Source: Adineta vaga
Lineage: Eukaryota; Animalia; Rotifera
Length of the DNA stretch: 64,000 bases
Assembly: GCA_021613535.1 (NCBI GenBank)
Contig: CP075496.1
Coordinates: forward strand, 9,238,001-9,302,000
Direction: 5' to 3'
Positions within the stretch are counted from its first letter, which is position 1. Each line of letters starts with the position of its first letter. Position numbers and translations under genes: made by a program. The notes under the pieces were generated by a model, which saw only the letters and a program-made list of their open reading frames with translations, was not told where the DNA came from and did no database searches. Below are positions 1-13,769 of the stretch, piece after piece.

Positions 1-797
1 AAATATAACTCCATAGTGCAAATGCAAACGTCACTTTTAGTATAGTATAATGAAATTTCAGAACGTTTCCGTGCCATTAGTACACATATACAAAAGAATT
101 TGTTATATAGATCAAGATGAGTTTTCAATTTTATAAAACTTTTGATCATAAAATACACTAAACAAACAATTAAGAATACAATCGAAAACGAAATGTTTGA
201 CTGTGCTAACAAAGATTATATTTAATAGCAGTCTCAGACATATTCCTAATCAGAGAAAATTATTCACCTCTCAGTTTCATTTATCAAACGAGATAGAAGC
301 ACTCGCACACTCACATCACGTTTTACTTCTCAATCAAAACAATGGAAATTTGATCGCACTATTCAATTTTTTTTTCGTTTTTTATTACAATGCACTTTCT
401 CTATGTTAATATTGATATTGAAATGGTTCGACAAAATCATCTCAAATTTTTTTTTGACTGTTGATCTTTGTAATTAAAAAAACACACATATGTAGGTAAT
501 AAAATATCGTTTTGATCAAATTACTATTCATTTAAAACTAAGATATATTTTTTTCAGGTCACAATAATATTCGTTCGATTGTATGTAAATGAAAATTTTC
601 AGATAAAAAATCAAATCCCTTGATAACTGAAAAACGAGATGCATTTTTTTCATCCTTCTGATGGTACGAAGATAAATGAAAAAACAACAGATATTCTGTC
701 TTTTGTCAATAATAATATCAACTTCTTCCTATAAATTTCGTTGACTTGTGTCATGAAGATTTTAGTTTTTGCTTACTGTCGACTAAACTAAGTAAGA

Positions 798-1448
798 ATG
801 CCTTATGAACAAACATTTTTTATTATCATCATTCTTGTCACTTTGATCAATGTTCATTCCACTGATGGATTTATATGTAGCTGTTCATGTTGTACGGGCA
901 ACCGTTGTACACGAATATCACCCACGAACTATACAATCTCAACTTGTGAAGCATGCGAATCGATGTGTCAGAATGAGTTTTCATCAACTTGCATGAAAGG
1001 AGCTAGCCATGTTTCTTATCAATGTATGAACGATGCTCTACTATCACGACAGTTGGGTGGACCAAACTGGATTGGTACATTTCATGCCACAGATGAATGT
1101 GATACAACAGATTGTTGTTGTCTAACTGATGTTGTATATTTTAATCGTGGAAATAACAATAATCTTCATATTCAAGGTCAATTTAACGGACAATGTTCAA
1201 GTGCATCACCCACTGTGTATGCTATATACGCCATGCCCAATACATATTCTGCTGAATTCCGATTTTTAAATCAACCTATAACGGTTAAACTGAGTGCAGA
1301 TAGTCAAACAATCTCATTCATGGAAACAGATAATATGGCATGTCGTTATAAAGCTGTAAGAGTAAATAATGCATCTTTTAATACAATTAACTGGATATAT
1401 ATATTACTGCTTAGCAGTCTGATCAATTCTAAAAAATATTTCTTCTAA
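798..1448 (+). CDS. Cys-rich secreted, probably GPI-anchored protein of unknown function (216 aa)
   Basis: Single ORF. N-terminal hydrophobic signal, Cys clusters (CSCSCCTGNRC, CDTTDCCCL), hydrophobic C-terminal tail. TATAAAT at 730-736 upstream. Confidence 0.75.
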   Translation: MPYEQTFFIIIILVTLINVHSTDGFICSCSCCTGNRCTRISPTNYTISTCEACESMCQNEFSSTCMKGASHVSYQCMNDALLSRQLGGPNWIGTFHATDECDTTDCCCLTDVVYFNRGNNNNLHIQGQFNGQCSSASPTVYAIYAMPNTYSAEFRFLNQPITVKLSADSQTISFMETDNMACRYKAVRVNNASFNTINWIYILLLSSLINSKKYFF

Positions 1449-1604
1449 GACTTATATAATTCGAATACTTATTTTATTTTGCTTATTGGAAAGCTTTTTC
1501 TTCTTACGATCGTATATTTAATAAATAAATAAATAAACAGGACCTCATTTTAAGTTTTAAATAAAGATATGATTATTATATACTCGGAAAGAAAGAAAAT
1601 CAAT

Positions 1605-4600
1605 TTAACTCATAGTGAATTTATGTGAGCTGGCCATATCTAACGCTAATGCTTTCATATTCAAGACATTCTTCTGTTCATCAAATGTCCATTGAGTTGT
1701 TGGTATTAATGATTGTCCATTCCATGTAATAGTACTTGGTCGTCCACTCAGACCAAATATTTTGATTTCTTCTAATTTGATTTCTTTATCCATTTGAGGA
1801 TAATCGTAAGACCATGGTTCAAGCATTAAACGTTGAGAATTGTATGTAAAAATAAAATGATTATATTGAGATCTTTCAAATGTATCGATAGATTCACCAT
1901 CATCCCAATATAAATCACCTTGAGCTTTTCCACGTTTATCGAGAGCAACAACTAGATAGAATGGTTTCTTTCGCGATAGAACTGTATTCATTGCACTTCG
2001 TTGATGAGGAATAATAGTACCACCACGTAAAAATAATGGAAGATAATCTAACGGCGCTGGTACAGTAATTTGACCAAGTTTCTGATGTTCTTCACCTGTA
2101 TAGTAATTGAACCATCGTTCAGTAGTTGGTAAATACACGTCTTTTGTTGTATGTCCTTCATATATAACTGGTGCAACTAATAAATGTGAACCCCATAAGA
2201 ATTGTTCATCTAATGGCCAACATTCTGGTATAGTTGGAAATTCATGAGCCATTGATCGAACAATAGTTCCTCCACTACGATGAACTTGATAGAATAATGT
2301 ATATAAATATGGATTCAAAGTATAACGTGTTTCAACTACTCGACGATTGGAATCGACGACAGCTGGTGAGAAATTTCCAGGATCATGGTCTCTGAAACGT
2401 AAACCATTGTGATTACGAAAGAATGGATTAAAAGCACCTAGTTGCATCCATCGTTGACACATCTGTTCTGTTGTTTCACCTTCAAATCCACAAATATCAG
2501 CACCAACATAAGGAATACCAAATAGATTGAATTCTAATATTCCAATGATATTATATTTGAGATGTGACCAACGTGCTGAATTATCACCTAACCAATGACC
2601 ACTCATTGTGCCCGATGTTGGAAATGTTGATCGACTGATCACAATTGAACGTTTGTTTTCTGTGGCACGTGCTGCTGGCAAAGAAGCGACAGTTTCTGAC
2701 CATCCATACAAATTATGAACATCATAATGTTTATAAATTTTGCCTTGTCCATCTGTTTGTTCACCAATCATACACATGGTTTTATCCGAAAGATATTCTC
2801 CTAAAATCGCTGTTTTATATTTTGGTGTTTCTAGTGGTTCATCTTTAGGACAATGTAAATTCCAATCTTCAGGACGATTATAATTGAATGGTCTTCGTTG
2901 ATTCGTATCAAAATTAGCTGGTTCACTATGATATAATATGAAAGCGAACGATCGAAAAATGATGTAAACAAACAAAATTTACTTCATATCAATCCAAAGA
3001 CCATCAAATTTGAGTTTGGAATAATATCGAAGGATTTCAGATTTCCACCATTCTTGTGCAGGTGGATAGAAGAAATCAGGGAATACCGTTTTACCTATTG
3101 AGAATAATGTCATACGAAACAGCAAAAAAAGTGATCTTTTTTTCTTCTTAGAAATAACTAACCATTGGGCCATACATAACCGAGCATATTGCGATTACCA
3201 GTTTCACTGAATTGAATATTACGTCGTTCTGGCCATTTAATCCAAATATCCTTTTCTTGTCCACGAGTGAAAACATCATAATTCTTCTCTTCAGAATCAA
3301 TAGCGGGATCAAGAATAGTTATAAATTTCATTCCATTCTTATGCAACCAATCGACATATTCCGGTAAACCATTGAAATTTACAGGATCCCAAGTAAAATC
3401 AAGTCGGTTATGAAAATAATCAATGTCACCATACCTAAAAATCTTTATAAAGAAGAAACTATTGAAAGATTTTGCTTTACTTACATAACATCGAGAGGAA
3501 TATTGCCATTGAGTGTTCGCATCATTGCTGCTTTCATATTATCTAGTGTATCATATCCATATCGACATAATTGAAAGCCAAGTCCCCAATAAGGTGGCAT
3601 AATAGGTCGACCAATGAGTGTTTGATATTGTCGAATAACTTGTTCAGGTGTCGATCCAGCAAAAAAGAAGATGTCTAAAATACCACCAATGGTTCGATAG
3701 GTAAGTGTAGCTTGATTTTCTGCAAATTCATCAAATTTATAATCTTGTGCATTCGAATTGAAAATAAGAACACCAAATGCTTGACCATCATCTTCTATAC
3801 CCATGTAGAATGGATGCGTACCATATAAATTTTCATTTCCTCCATATGGTTGTTGATCACGAGCAAAAACACCATAACGACGTGAATCTTTTAGAGTATG
3901 TCGAAAAGAAGGATGTGTATTTTCACCAAATCCTTTGAAAGTAGAGAAAAAGTCTTAATTTCAATATTTTCATATTCGATGTGTATTTTACCATAGACAT
4001 TTCTTGATGGAGTTGTTGTTATGAACTGAAGATATTTATCATCATAAATGAAACCTTCTGCAAAGAAAGATGTATCAAATATGATTGAACGAGTATTGTT
4101 ACGACGAATACGAAAACCAACTTGTCCATGACGTGTTTCAGTTAATTCAAAATGAAATTGAGCTGGTGAAGATGATGTTGGAGCATTGGAATGCCATTGT
4201 AAAGGAACAGGAACTTCGTATCGTTCAACATTAGCATCACGAATAGTTAAACGTATTTTATCACTACCGGAAATACTAACTTGTACATTTAAACGCTCAA
4301 TATCATTACCATGAAGAGAAAAATTTGACGATGAAAGTCGAGATAGTGAATACTGTGTAACAGAATCCGACAATTGTTCTGGATCTTGTGCCAATCTATA
4401 ACCGCCTTTTGCTTTTGGAATATAACATGCAACAATACCTGGTCCTTGACTTAAATCCCAAATACAACCACGTGCAACACAAGCACTTTCACTCGGATCT
4501 AAATATATTAAAGTCAATCATAGAATATGAAAGAAAAACATCTTTTCTTACTAGGATCAGGAAAACAATCAATGCGATACTTTGGATCAGAGGTGACAAT

Positions 4601-7600
4601 AGAAGGTGGTTGTACTGTTGAGTTTTCTGTAGCTTTCCATGTAAATGTATAATTCTTATTCATTGATAATCTCAATCCTTTTAGTTCAATAATTTCAGTA
4701 TTCATTCGTTTGTTTGGTTGAAATATTTTATTGTCAACAGTAATTGTACTTGGAACTTCATCCATTCCATAAATACTTAACGAATCTAAGATTAGATTTG
4801 ACATTTCAAGATAATTATTTTGAATAATGTCCACAGTTAATTGACCATCTTTAGATGACCATGTGAAATTTGCATAAAAATACGAGTTTGTGTTAATCGT
4901 ATCAATAGAGTCCCCATCATCATAGAAAAGATCACCTGTAGCATTACCATTTACATCAAGAACAACAATTAAACCAAATGGTTGTTTTCTAAAATAAGAA
5001 ATATTGTCTTATTCACATAGAATAAGAAGATCGAATATCTAATATAGATTTACCTTGAAAATTTAGTATTATTAGCAAATTCTTGTGTTGGTATAATAGC
5101 ACCACCTCGAAGTAAAATGGGAATGGTTTCTAAAGGTGCTGCAATCGACATTGTTTGTTTTTGAGCAAAAATTCGTGAACCCGTATAATAATTGTACCAA
5201 TGTGTTGATGGAATATAAGCATGGACGATTTGTGCTCCTTCATCCGTGACTGGTAAAATCATCATATGTGAACCAATTAGAAATTGCGAAGAAATATCAA
5301 GAGTCGCTTTATCTGTTGGATATTCATGAAATAATGGTCGAATAACTGTAGAACCTTGAGTATGTGCTTTGTAAAAAAGTGTATAATAATAAGGAAGAAG
5401 AGTATAACGAATACGAAGAGCTGAAACCATGATATTGACAGCATAAGATGACCACGATGCTGGATCTTGATCTAACGTTCGCCAAGCATTATGCTAAAAT
5501 GAAAGTTATGATCGTGTTGAAGCAATATTCTTTGGATAAAAATAGACGTACATTTCGAGAAAATGGATAAAATGCACCAAGTTGCATCCAACTAGAAAAA
5601 GTAAGAAAAAAATAAACAATACAATTTGAATATAGCTTTCTAAATATTACCGTATACACATTTCTTCACTAGGTCTTCCATCGAAACCACAAATATCAGC
5701 ACCATTAAATGGTATACCAAACCAATTAAATTCAATCATACCAATTAAAGATTGTTTCATTTGAGCCCATGTTGCACCATTATCTCCAAGCCAATGACCA
5801 CTCCATTGACCCGAGCCAACAAAAGTAGATCGTGGTAAAACTAAACTTCGCTTACCTGTTGCTTTTTGCATGGCATCTAAAGTTGGTTTTGTTTGACTCC
5901 ATCCATATAAACTAAAATATCTCCTTGCATATATATATGCGATCAGATTAGAAAGAATTCATACTTGTGCACATCATAATGACGATATTTTGGTTTACCC
6001 GTTCTTATGTCGATATCACCTTGCTGTGCTGACATACACAATGTACGATCAGATAAACGACTTGCACGATTCATATTACTATCGTAACCGAAAGCAGCTT
6101 TTGTACGATAAGGAGGATCATCAAATCGACTGTTTGGACATTTTAAGGTATGGTTACTGCCTGTATCTACTGAATTCCATGGATGTTCTTCATTAGTATC
6201 AAATAGAGCTATACAATGATAAGAATAGTATGGATAATTTTTAAAAAGATCTGAACATACCAGGTTCATTCATATCAATCCAAAGACCATCAAAAGTGAG
6301 ATTAACGCGATAGAAATCGTTAATCCATCGTGACCACCATACCTGAGTTCGATTGGTAAAATAATCTGTTTGTATCAAATAGAAATAATGCAATCGATCA
6401 TGTATAATTAGATTCAATAGATTTGGAAGGCTTACCTGGAAAGAAAACTTCACCAGGCCAACAAGCACCTTTCATCAATGTTTGTCCATCATCCCATTTA
6501 ATAAAAACATCTTCTCGAATACCATCAATAGTTGGCTGATAATACATTTGATCATCAATGGTACCTGGATCTAAAATCACAATGGTACGTACACCATTTT
6601 GATTCAATTCATGAAAATATTCTTTCAATCCACGAAAATTAATCGGATCAATCGTAAAATCTTTTTCAGCATCCATATAATCAATATCTGCATATTGAAT
6701 ATCAAGCGGAATACCAGCATCTAAATTTCGTTGTACAACCATTTGCATATGTGTGATATTTGCATAATCCCATCGTGCTAATTGAAAACCAAGTGACCAA
6801 TAGGGTGGTAAAATCGATCGACCAACAAGCCATGTATATTGTTGAACGACTTGTTCGGGTTTAGGACCAAGAAAAACAAAAAAATCCAAAATACCACCAA
6901 TAGTACGAATAGTTACTGATGGATTCGCAGAGAAAGAATAATCCATAGCATTGGAATTTAAGAGAAGAACACCATGCATATTACCTGATGGTGTGTCCGA
7001 TGAATCTGACTGTTGTTCCATAACAAGATAGAATGGATGTGAACCATAATGATTTGTATTTTTTGCCCAATGAGTACCTTGATCACGAGCAAAGATACCC
7101 CATGTTCTCTGTTCATTGACATTATGTTTTAATGTTTCATGATTGTTTTCACCGAAACCATAAACATGTGATGATTGAAGTCGCGTGACTATTTGTAGAA
7201 ACTGATCATTAAGTATAAGACCACCTAATGATGTATCAAATAAGGTCGCCTGGTTCGTTCGACGTTTTACTGCAAATGAAAGAAGATTATCATCTACTGA
7301 ATTTGATTCATGAATAAATTCATATTGCGGTGATAAGACTTGACCAGATGGAGGAGTTAATGGTATAGGCACCTAGTAAGATAGAAACAAATGCATATAC
7401 GCAATATTATTCTACGAAATATTACTTCATATCGTTCCGTATCTTCATCATATAATTTAAATCGAAGGATATCATCCGTATAGTATTGCACATCAAGAAC
7501 AACATTTTCAATCGCATTTGGAAACATACTGCCTACTGCTTGATTACGTCGTAATCGTAATCGCATGCCATTTTGTGTTTGTTGTGGATTTTCTTTCAAT

Positions 7601-7833
7601 ATATAACCATAATTTGGTGATAAATAGCATTGAATGGTTCCAGGAGGTGTCCATTCATCATATAGACAATGTCGTGCTAAACATGCTTCTTTCGAGTAAC
7701 CAGAATAGGGAGAGCCAGCATCAGGAAAACAATCAATACGTTTGTTTGGTTCAACTGAACGTTTATGAATTGAGATACTGGTTGTAAATTGAAAAAGGAT
7801 AAAGAATAATAGGGAGAAACGTAACTTAATCAT
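1605..7833 (-). CDS. Tandem two-domain GH31 alpha-glucosidase (maltase-glucoamylase/sucrase-isomaltase-like), multi-exon
   Basis: ATG at 7833 (MIKLRFSLLFF signal peptide). Two trefoil-like domains (RIDCFPD...CLARHC; RIDCFPD...CVARGC). Two catalytic domains, each with DGLWIDMNEP nucleophile and GHWLGDN acid/base motifs, plus PPYWxLGFQL and GADICGF. ORF fragments are joined by short GT-AG introns. Confidence 0.95.
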
Positions 7834-8109
7834 TATAACACACAAGAACGAATTTCGCTAAAATAACAAAAGAAAATAAGATATAAATTAATTATCTACA
7901 ATCAATATATTTCATCGTTCGAATAAAAAGACAGAGAAAATGATCACTTCATGTATAGTTTCGATCAAGAATATATACATTTCGAGGGATTTGCGAATCA
8001 AAAAATGACTTGTCCTTAAGCCCTTTTTTATTTTCGATTTTATTTCAATCTCATCAAAAAAGTATTAGTATCGATTTTATTTTCTCTATGAAAAAAAACA
8101 AAGACACTC

Positions 8110-8620
8110 AATAATGGAATACATTTAAAACAAGACGTTTCAATTCAGTGCGAAACGTTTTTGATACAATAAGTATATTTGTAATTATAACATCTAATAC
8201 TATTTTCAATATAATACAAGAAGAATATTAATTGAAGAACTAACAATTCAATTAATCCTTGTTTTGTACTTTTATTTTTATATTTTGTAATTTGTTGAAA
8301 ATAGATAAAAAGAATTGTTATTAAACATTTACAAATTACATATATGTAAAGATCTCGACAAATAGTATTCGTATCAGTTGACGATCTTTCGATTGAAGAG
8401 TCAATGATCTACCAACAATTACCATCCTCGCATTTGTTCTTCGTGATAAACGTCTCATACAATATACTCGACGAATATTTTTCATAGTCCAGCAACTAAA
8501 AAAAGTCATAATCACAACAATATAATAAGTAATGAATGTGATGTATGCACCTATCGTTGATATAAACAGAGAAAATAATTAGATCCAATTTGAAGAATTC
8601 GTGAAAAGATCAACACAACT
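8110..8620 (-). pseudogene. Truncated 7TM receptor remnant (TM5-TM7)
   Basis: Minus strand reads FFSCWTMKNIRRV...LQSKDRQLIRILFVEIF then ...IVSKTFRTELKRL, with stops and frameshifts. The 5' half is absent. Boundaries approximate. Confidence 0.6.
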
Positions 8621-9528
8621 TAAAGGTGTGGGGTGAATGAGAAAATGAAGATAAAGCCGAGCATGAGGGTGAGGGTGTAGGAAAAAAGGAAACAGTTTTA
8701 ATTTCCCCTAAGGGGAGTTTTAAATTAGCCTGAATCTCAATTCCCCTGTAACATATGCATCAGTGTTGATCAAAGTACTTTCTTTACATCGTCTAGAACG
8801 GAAAAATAAGATTTAGAGAAAAGTATTCAAATTTGTACGTCTCACTCTTTTTTTAAAGAATTGCTCGAAGAGTTATTGGAGTCGAGAAACACGAATCTAG
8901 TGTCAGTTTTAAAGTTCCAGTAATGAATACCTTGGTTTCAGTTTAGAAAAGAGATTTTTACGATGAATCGGAACGACTTTCGCAATTTTTGTAATACGCT
9001 GATCATGTACGACACCCCTATCTTACAGTTTTCATTAATATCATGTACAATAAAAAAAATCACATGAAGAAAAATAATCTGTTTTGGATCAATTAGACAT
9101 TTTATCAGAATATCATATTGTTTGGTTTAATGAAGAATAGAAGAATCTGCTGAATTATTATAAAATTAATTCAAAATTTCGTCGTGATGTTGTTAATTTT
9201 GAAACAAAAAATAAAGATTTTATTATTCTCTAAAAAGCCATGTGATTTATCTCTAGAAGTTCTCATATCATACTGATAAAATGAACAAATCAAAGGATGT
9301 CTAAAGTGTGTCATTTATTAAAAACTACATGAGATCAAATGATGTAGATGACAACTCATTTTTTTTAAGAAGTTGTGTAAATGATTCGTAAGCTATACTA
9401 GAAACTAAATAAAACCGGATCCAATCATAAAAGCGTTTCTTTTTATAAGATTTCTATACTAATTTAGAATGTTTTTTTTTTCTAATGTTCAAATATTTTT
9501 AGTTTGAAAATTTGTATTGCTGCTATTG

Positions 9529-11579
9529 TTATTTTGGAGCAGAAGTAGTAGTATTGAGAGTTGGAGTTGGATTCATACTTTCTGCTAGCTTATCTAAAGT
9601 CATCATCGAACTGCTCTCAAATAAGGGTGTATTGATAAATGAATTATTGCCAATATTTGCCAGGCTATGGCCACCAAGTATGGCATCGACTTTTTCTAAT
9701 CTTTCTTTTGTTTGTTGTAATTGTTTTCTCTTTGTTCGAGTGATAACATCTTCAGAAAGGTATGAATCAACGAAATCGCATTGTTCCATTGGAACACGTC
9801 GTAAACGATCTTGTATACCGGAACATACATCAAAATCACATCCTGCACGTAAAGTTAATCCTGCATAATCCGAAAAACGTCTTATTAATACTTTCCAATA
9901 TGAATAAACACTATAGAGCATTTCTTGTGTAGCTTGTTCAACATCTAAAATTGATTTTACCATGTAATCATCATCGACATCTTCGAAATGTATTTTTGAT
10001 TTTTTTTCTCTGTCTTTATTTACTTCTAATTCTGACAAATACATTCGGAATCTCTTGATTTTAGCCATATAGAGGCTGTCCATTGTATATGGATCATGTT
10101 TTTCTAATCGAATCATTTCTTGTAATTGATTATGCACTATTTGATTGTTGTCCTTCAAGTACACGATAACAATTTCACGAAAAGCTGGCATTAATTTCAT
10201 TAAAAGAATATCATTCTTATGTTCATCAATTTTCTGATCTAATAATACTTTCTGTAAGCTATAATAACAATCATGAATGAGAATATCTGTTACTTTCCAA
10301 AGTTGATCAAGTTTTTCGCAGATCAAACGTTTTAATACTGGATGTGGGAGAAAGTTCGGTAATTGTTCTCCAACACATGATGAAATAGCATGCCGAACTT
10401 TTGTACGATATTCATTTTTAAATATTTCTGAAGTATATACATTTATTAATTCAATATATTTTCCGAATTTCATATGTAGCGTATTAGTCATACTCGGATG
10501 TTTTCCATCATTAGAACTTAAAAGACGTACTTTTAAGCAATTTTCGACGTAAAATTCGAGCAGTTCATGGTATTTTGCAAGACGCGCTGAAGGTGTATCT
10601 AGATCTGGTGGAAATTTTGATAATTGTTCACGAACGTCTTTTAATTTCTTTTGTACACTATCTCGCATCTTGGGAAATGTTTCTTTCACACGATCAGAAT
10701 AAAGATCAGCTATAGACGATTAATTAATGCTTCAATACCAAGACAATGCCAGCCAACAACAGATGCAGCTGGATGATCACTAAAAAATTCTTTTTCACGT
10801 ATACGAGCTGCTTCTAAACTCATGTTTTCATTAGTACTACGATTTCGAACGGCAACAAAACCCAAGAGTAATTGTAGAGCATTCTGTTTTTCCATTAATA
10901 ATTGGTCAATTAATGTCTCATGATTCATAGCTAAATCGGATTTTGTTATTACACCAATGGTACGAACACCGGTAGGATCGACTTCACGTGCTAATGTAAA
11001 TGATTCAACTGTAGCAATATCAACATTAGCAGGAAAAACACAAAGAATAACACTGCCTTCTTGACGAATGAATTTATTGATTAATTTTGTTGTTTGTTCA
11101 TGAATATTTTTTGGTTGATTATGAATTGGATTGCGTGCAATACCAGGTAAGTCAACTACAGTTAGATCACGTACCTTAGGATCTTCAACAAGTAATTCAA
11201 TCATAGTTTCAACAACATTTTTGTTATTTCCAGCTAATTTTTTTGTTTCTTCTTCAATATAGTTTAATATATTTACCTGTCCTTCATCCAAAAGAACTTT
11301 TTTCTCACTATCATGTATACGAAAAACTTGTCTTCGAAGAGATTTATGTAATCGTAACACTAATGGACAACGAGTGACAATGCCCGAACCTTTAGGAAGT
11401 TCAACTAATGATAATGCTTCTAATAATGTTGATTTTCCACTCGATTGATCTCCAACAACGACTACAGTGGGAAAAGTAATACCATCATAACTCGTTGATA
11501 ATAACGTTCGAATTTGATCGATTTTATCCATTAATGGACGAACTTTTTCATCATAGGCACTGGTGAACGACGAGTCCAT
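9529..11579 (-). CDS. Mx-like dynamin-family GTPase, intronless, frameshifted at 10711-10712
   Basis: GDQSSGKS, LPKGSGIVTRCPL, DLPGI and RTIGVITKSD motifs match Mx. Removing 2 nt (CTA[TA]GCT) joins the two ORFs as LINRLADLYSDRVKETFP. C-terminal GED-like LSEDVITRTKRKQLQQTKERL. Confidence 0.9.
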
Positions 11580-12841
11580 GATAATGTTCTATGTATGCAG
11601 CAACAAGGTAATGAATGAAACTTTTGAAAATCAATATAACACGCTGTCTCTTACTTTTGTTACTTTACTGTTTTGTTTTCTTTTAAATAAAACTGTTTTT
11701 CTAAAAACACAGTTCCATTTTTTTTCAATCAACATAAAAGACTTTCAAGTGTTTATAATGAAATAACAAGAAAAAACATCGTCTGGTCATGTTTTTCAGT
11801 TCTTTATTTTGCTAGCAACATTTGTTTCGAGATACTCTTCGTGGAGGAATGATGTCTATTTCAAAAGACACACAATGGTAGTAAAAATATATAGTTGTCC
11901 AAAGCACATCATCTCTTATAGATAGATAGGAAAAACAACGTTGTTCTCCTTCGATGAAAGTACATGTAAAGTCAACAAGTAGTTAAATAATATTCAATAG
12001 ATTTGATCAACAATTTGTTTTATTTTTACGTAAATCATTTTCTAATAATGTCACGAACGAAATGAAAAATGTATGTATATATAACATTCTTCATTTTAAA
12101 ACATCAAAATATGAAAATGGAAGTCTATTCTCTTAGACCAATAATTAAAGCTGTCAAACACTCAAACTCATTAGAAATGATCAATCGATCAGAGTTTTTC
12201 TTTGTTTGGTTTCAATTGTTTTCGATGAGAATCAGATTAGTATATATACAAATAATAATTATATATCATATTGTCAACTACGACTTTTAGGAGAATGCTG
12301 GAGATAAGTTTATTATAAAAACATACAAGTAAATCATAAATTGAAAATATTCTTTCGATTTTACTTTCCTCAACTATCGATATCAATGCTTTTTATATTA
12401 TATTTTAGTTTCTTATTTTTCCCTACGTTCAGCTAGATCGGATAACTATTTACTACAAACATACTAGAACAACAACGGTACTGCCGTTGAGGTTAGTTAC
12501 ATTTACAGTGATTTCTTTTCATTCACGTTGCAAGACGCAATTTCAAAAACAAATATTTCAATTTAACATGCACAAGCAATTGACAGGTGTATCCGTTTCC
12601 TTGTCATGGATGAAATTCAGTTATAATATTTTCTCAAAATAAACATGGTTAATATGACAACAAAATACAGAAAATGAAAGAAACATCGCACTGCTATACA
12701 TTAACATATTTAGAATCTGTTCCAAAGTTTGAAAGAAATGACAAAGCATCATACCGATATTATTCTCTACATGTCAAATGCATATAAGAAGATTTAGACT
12801 AATACAGTGATAAAATGCGAAGAATCATTTTGAATCATAAG

Positions 12842-13769
12842 TTATCTATAGGTCGTCAGTCTCATTAATGTTGGATTAACGTTATTTCGCCTTTTTCTCC
12901 ATAGATTACGAAGATGAGGTGCATAATATATATGTACAACAATCATACCCATAAAAGATAATAAAAATGTTAACCAACAAAGATATGTTTCCCACCAACT
13001 TATGTACCCAAATATAAAATAGATTAAAGATAAACAAATCGATGGTATACCACATAGAATTATAAAACTAAGTAACCATACAACACGTTTTATTACAGTA
13101 AAATCACGTTCAATTCTTGTTTTTTGTCGAAAAGTAAAATTTGCTGAATTGAGAAGCACATAACGCATTGTGCGCATATAAATTGTAAATGTTGATGAAA
13201 CAGGAAAAAGCCAGATTAAAATTATTGCTAATATAACTCCACGCCAACTTGTTAAAAGAACTTGACAATGATAATCGTCATATTGAAATTCGCCGAACAA
13301 AAGAATTGGTAGTGCCTGAAGTGCACTTAGAAAAATTTGAAAAAATATACAAAAAATATAATAATAAATATTTCGATGAAGAATAGGATGAGTATAATAA
13401 ATGATTCGAAAAAAACGATAAAGTGCTTGAATTGTGTTCGAATATAATGAACAAATACTAGTAATACTTACTAGAGACTTTTAATTGACACCCTAATGTC
13501 TGATTATTTTCTATTGACATCTCTGGAATGAGATGACCTTTCATCATTAATACGAACATATCCAAAAGTAAAATAGTAAATATACATACAGAAATAAACA
13601 TATTTAAACTAAGAAGAAATAAAATATTCTCCTTTGATTGCATTAATTGACGACGAATTATTATATATATACTAAATATTAGTATTATACAAATAGCAAG
13701 TATACATACACCAATGCCAATTGAATCAAGAATAACACTGGGTAAGAATATATTTATTGGCAAGATCAT
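12842..13769 (-). CDS. Orphan rhodopsin-like 7TM receptor, intronless, frameshift at about 13474-13475
   Basis: ORF 13458-13769 (TM1-2, CQLK) continues in another frame as LVSITSICSLYSNTIQALYRFFRII, which is in frame with ORF 12842-13300. Restoring AT gives CQLKVYLVS. Confidence 0.75.

Noticed and set aside
9512-9868. 118-aa plus-strand ORF
   Set aside because: Antisense shadow of the Mx-like C-terminus, non-ATG start, no motifs.
11590-11770. GAAA-rich ISRE-like motifs upstream of the Mx-like gene
   Set aside because: No exact GAAANNGAAA tandem seen. Such words are expected by chance in DNA this AT-rich.
13458-13470. GTAAGT as an intron donor in the 7TM gene
   Set aside because: The downstream sequence encodes conserved TM3 in another frame, so a frameshift explains it better than an intron.
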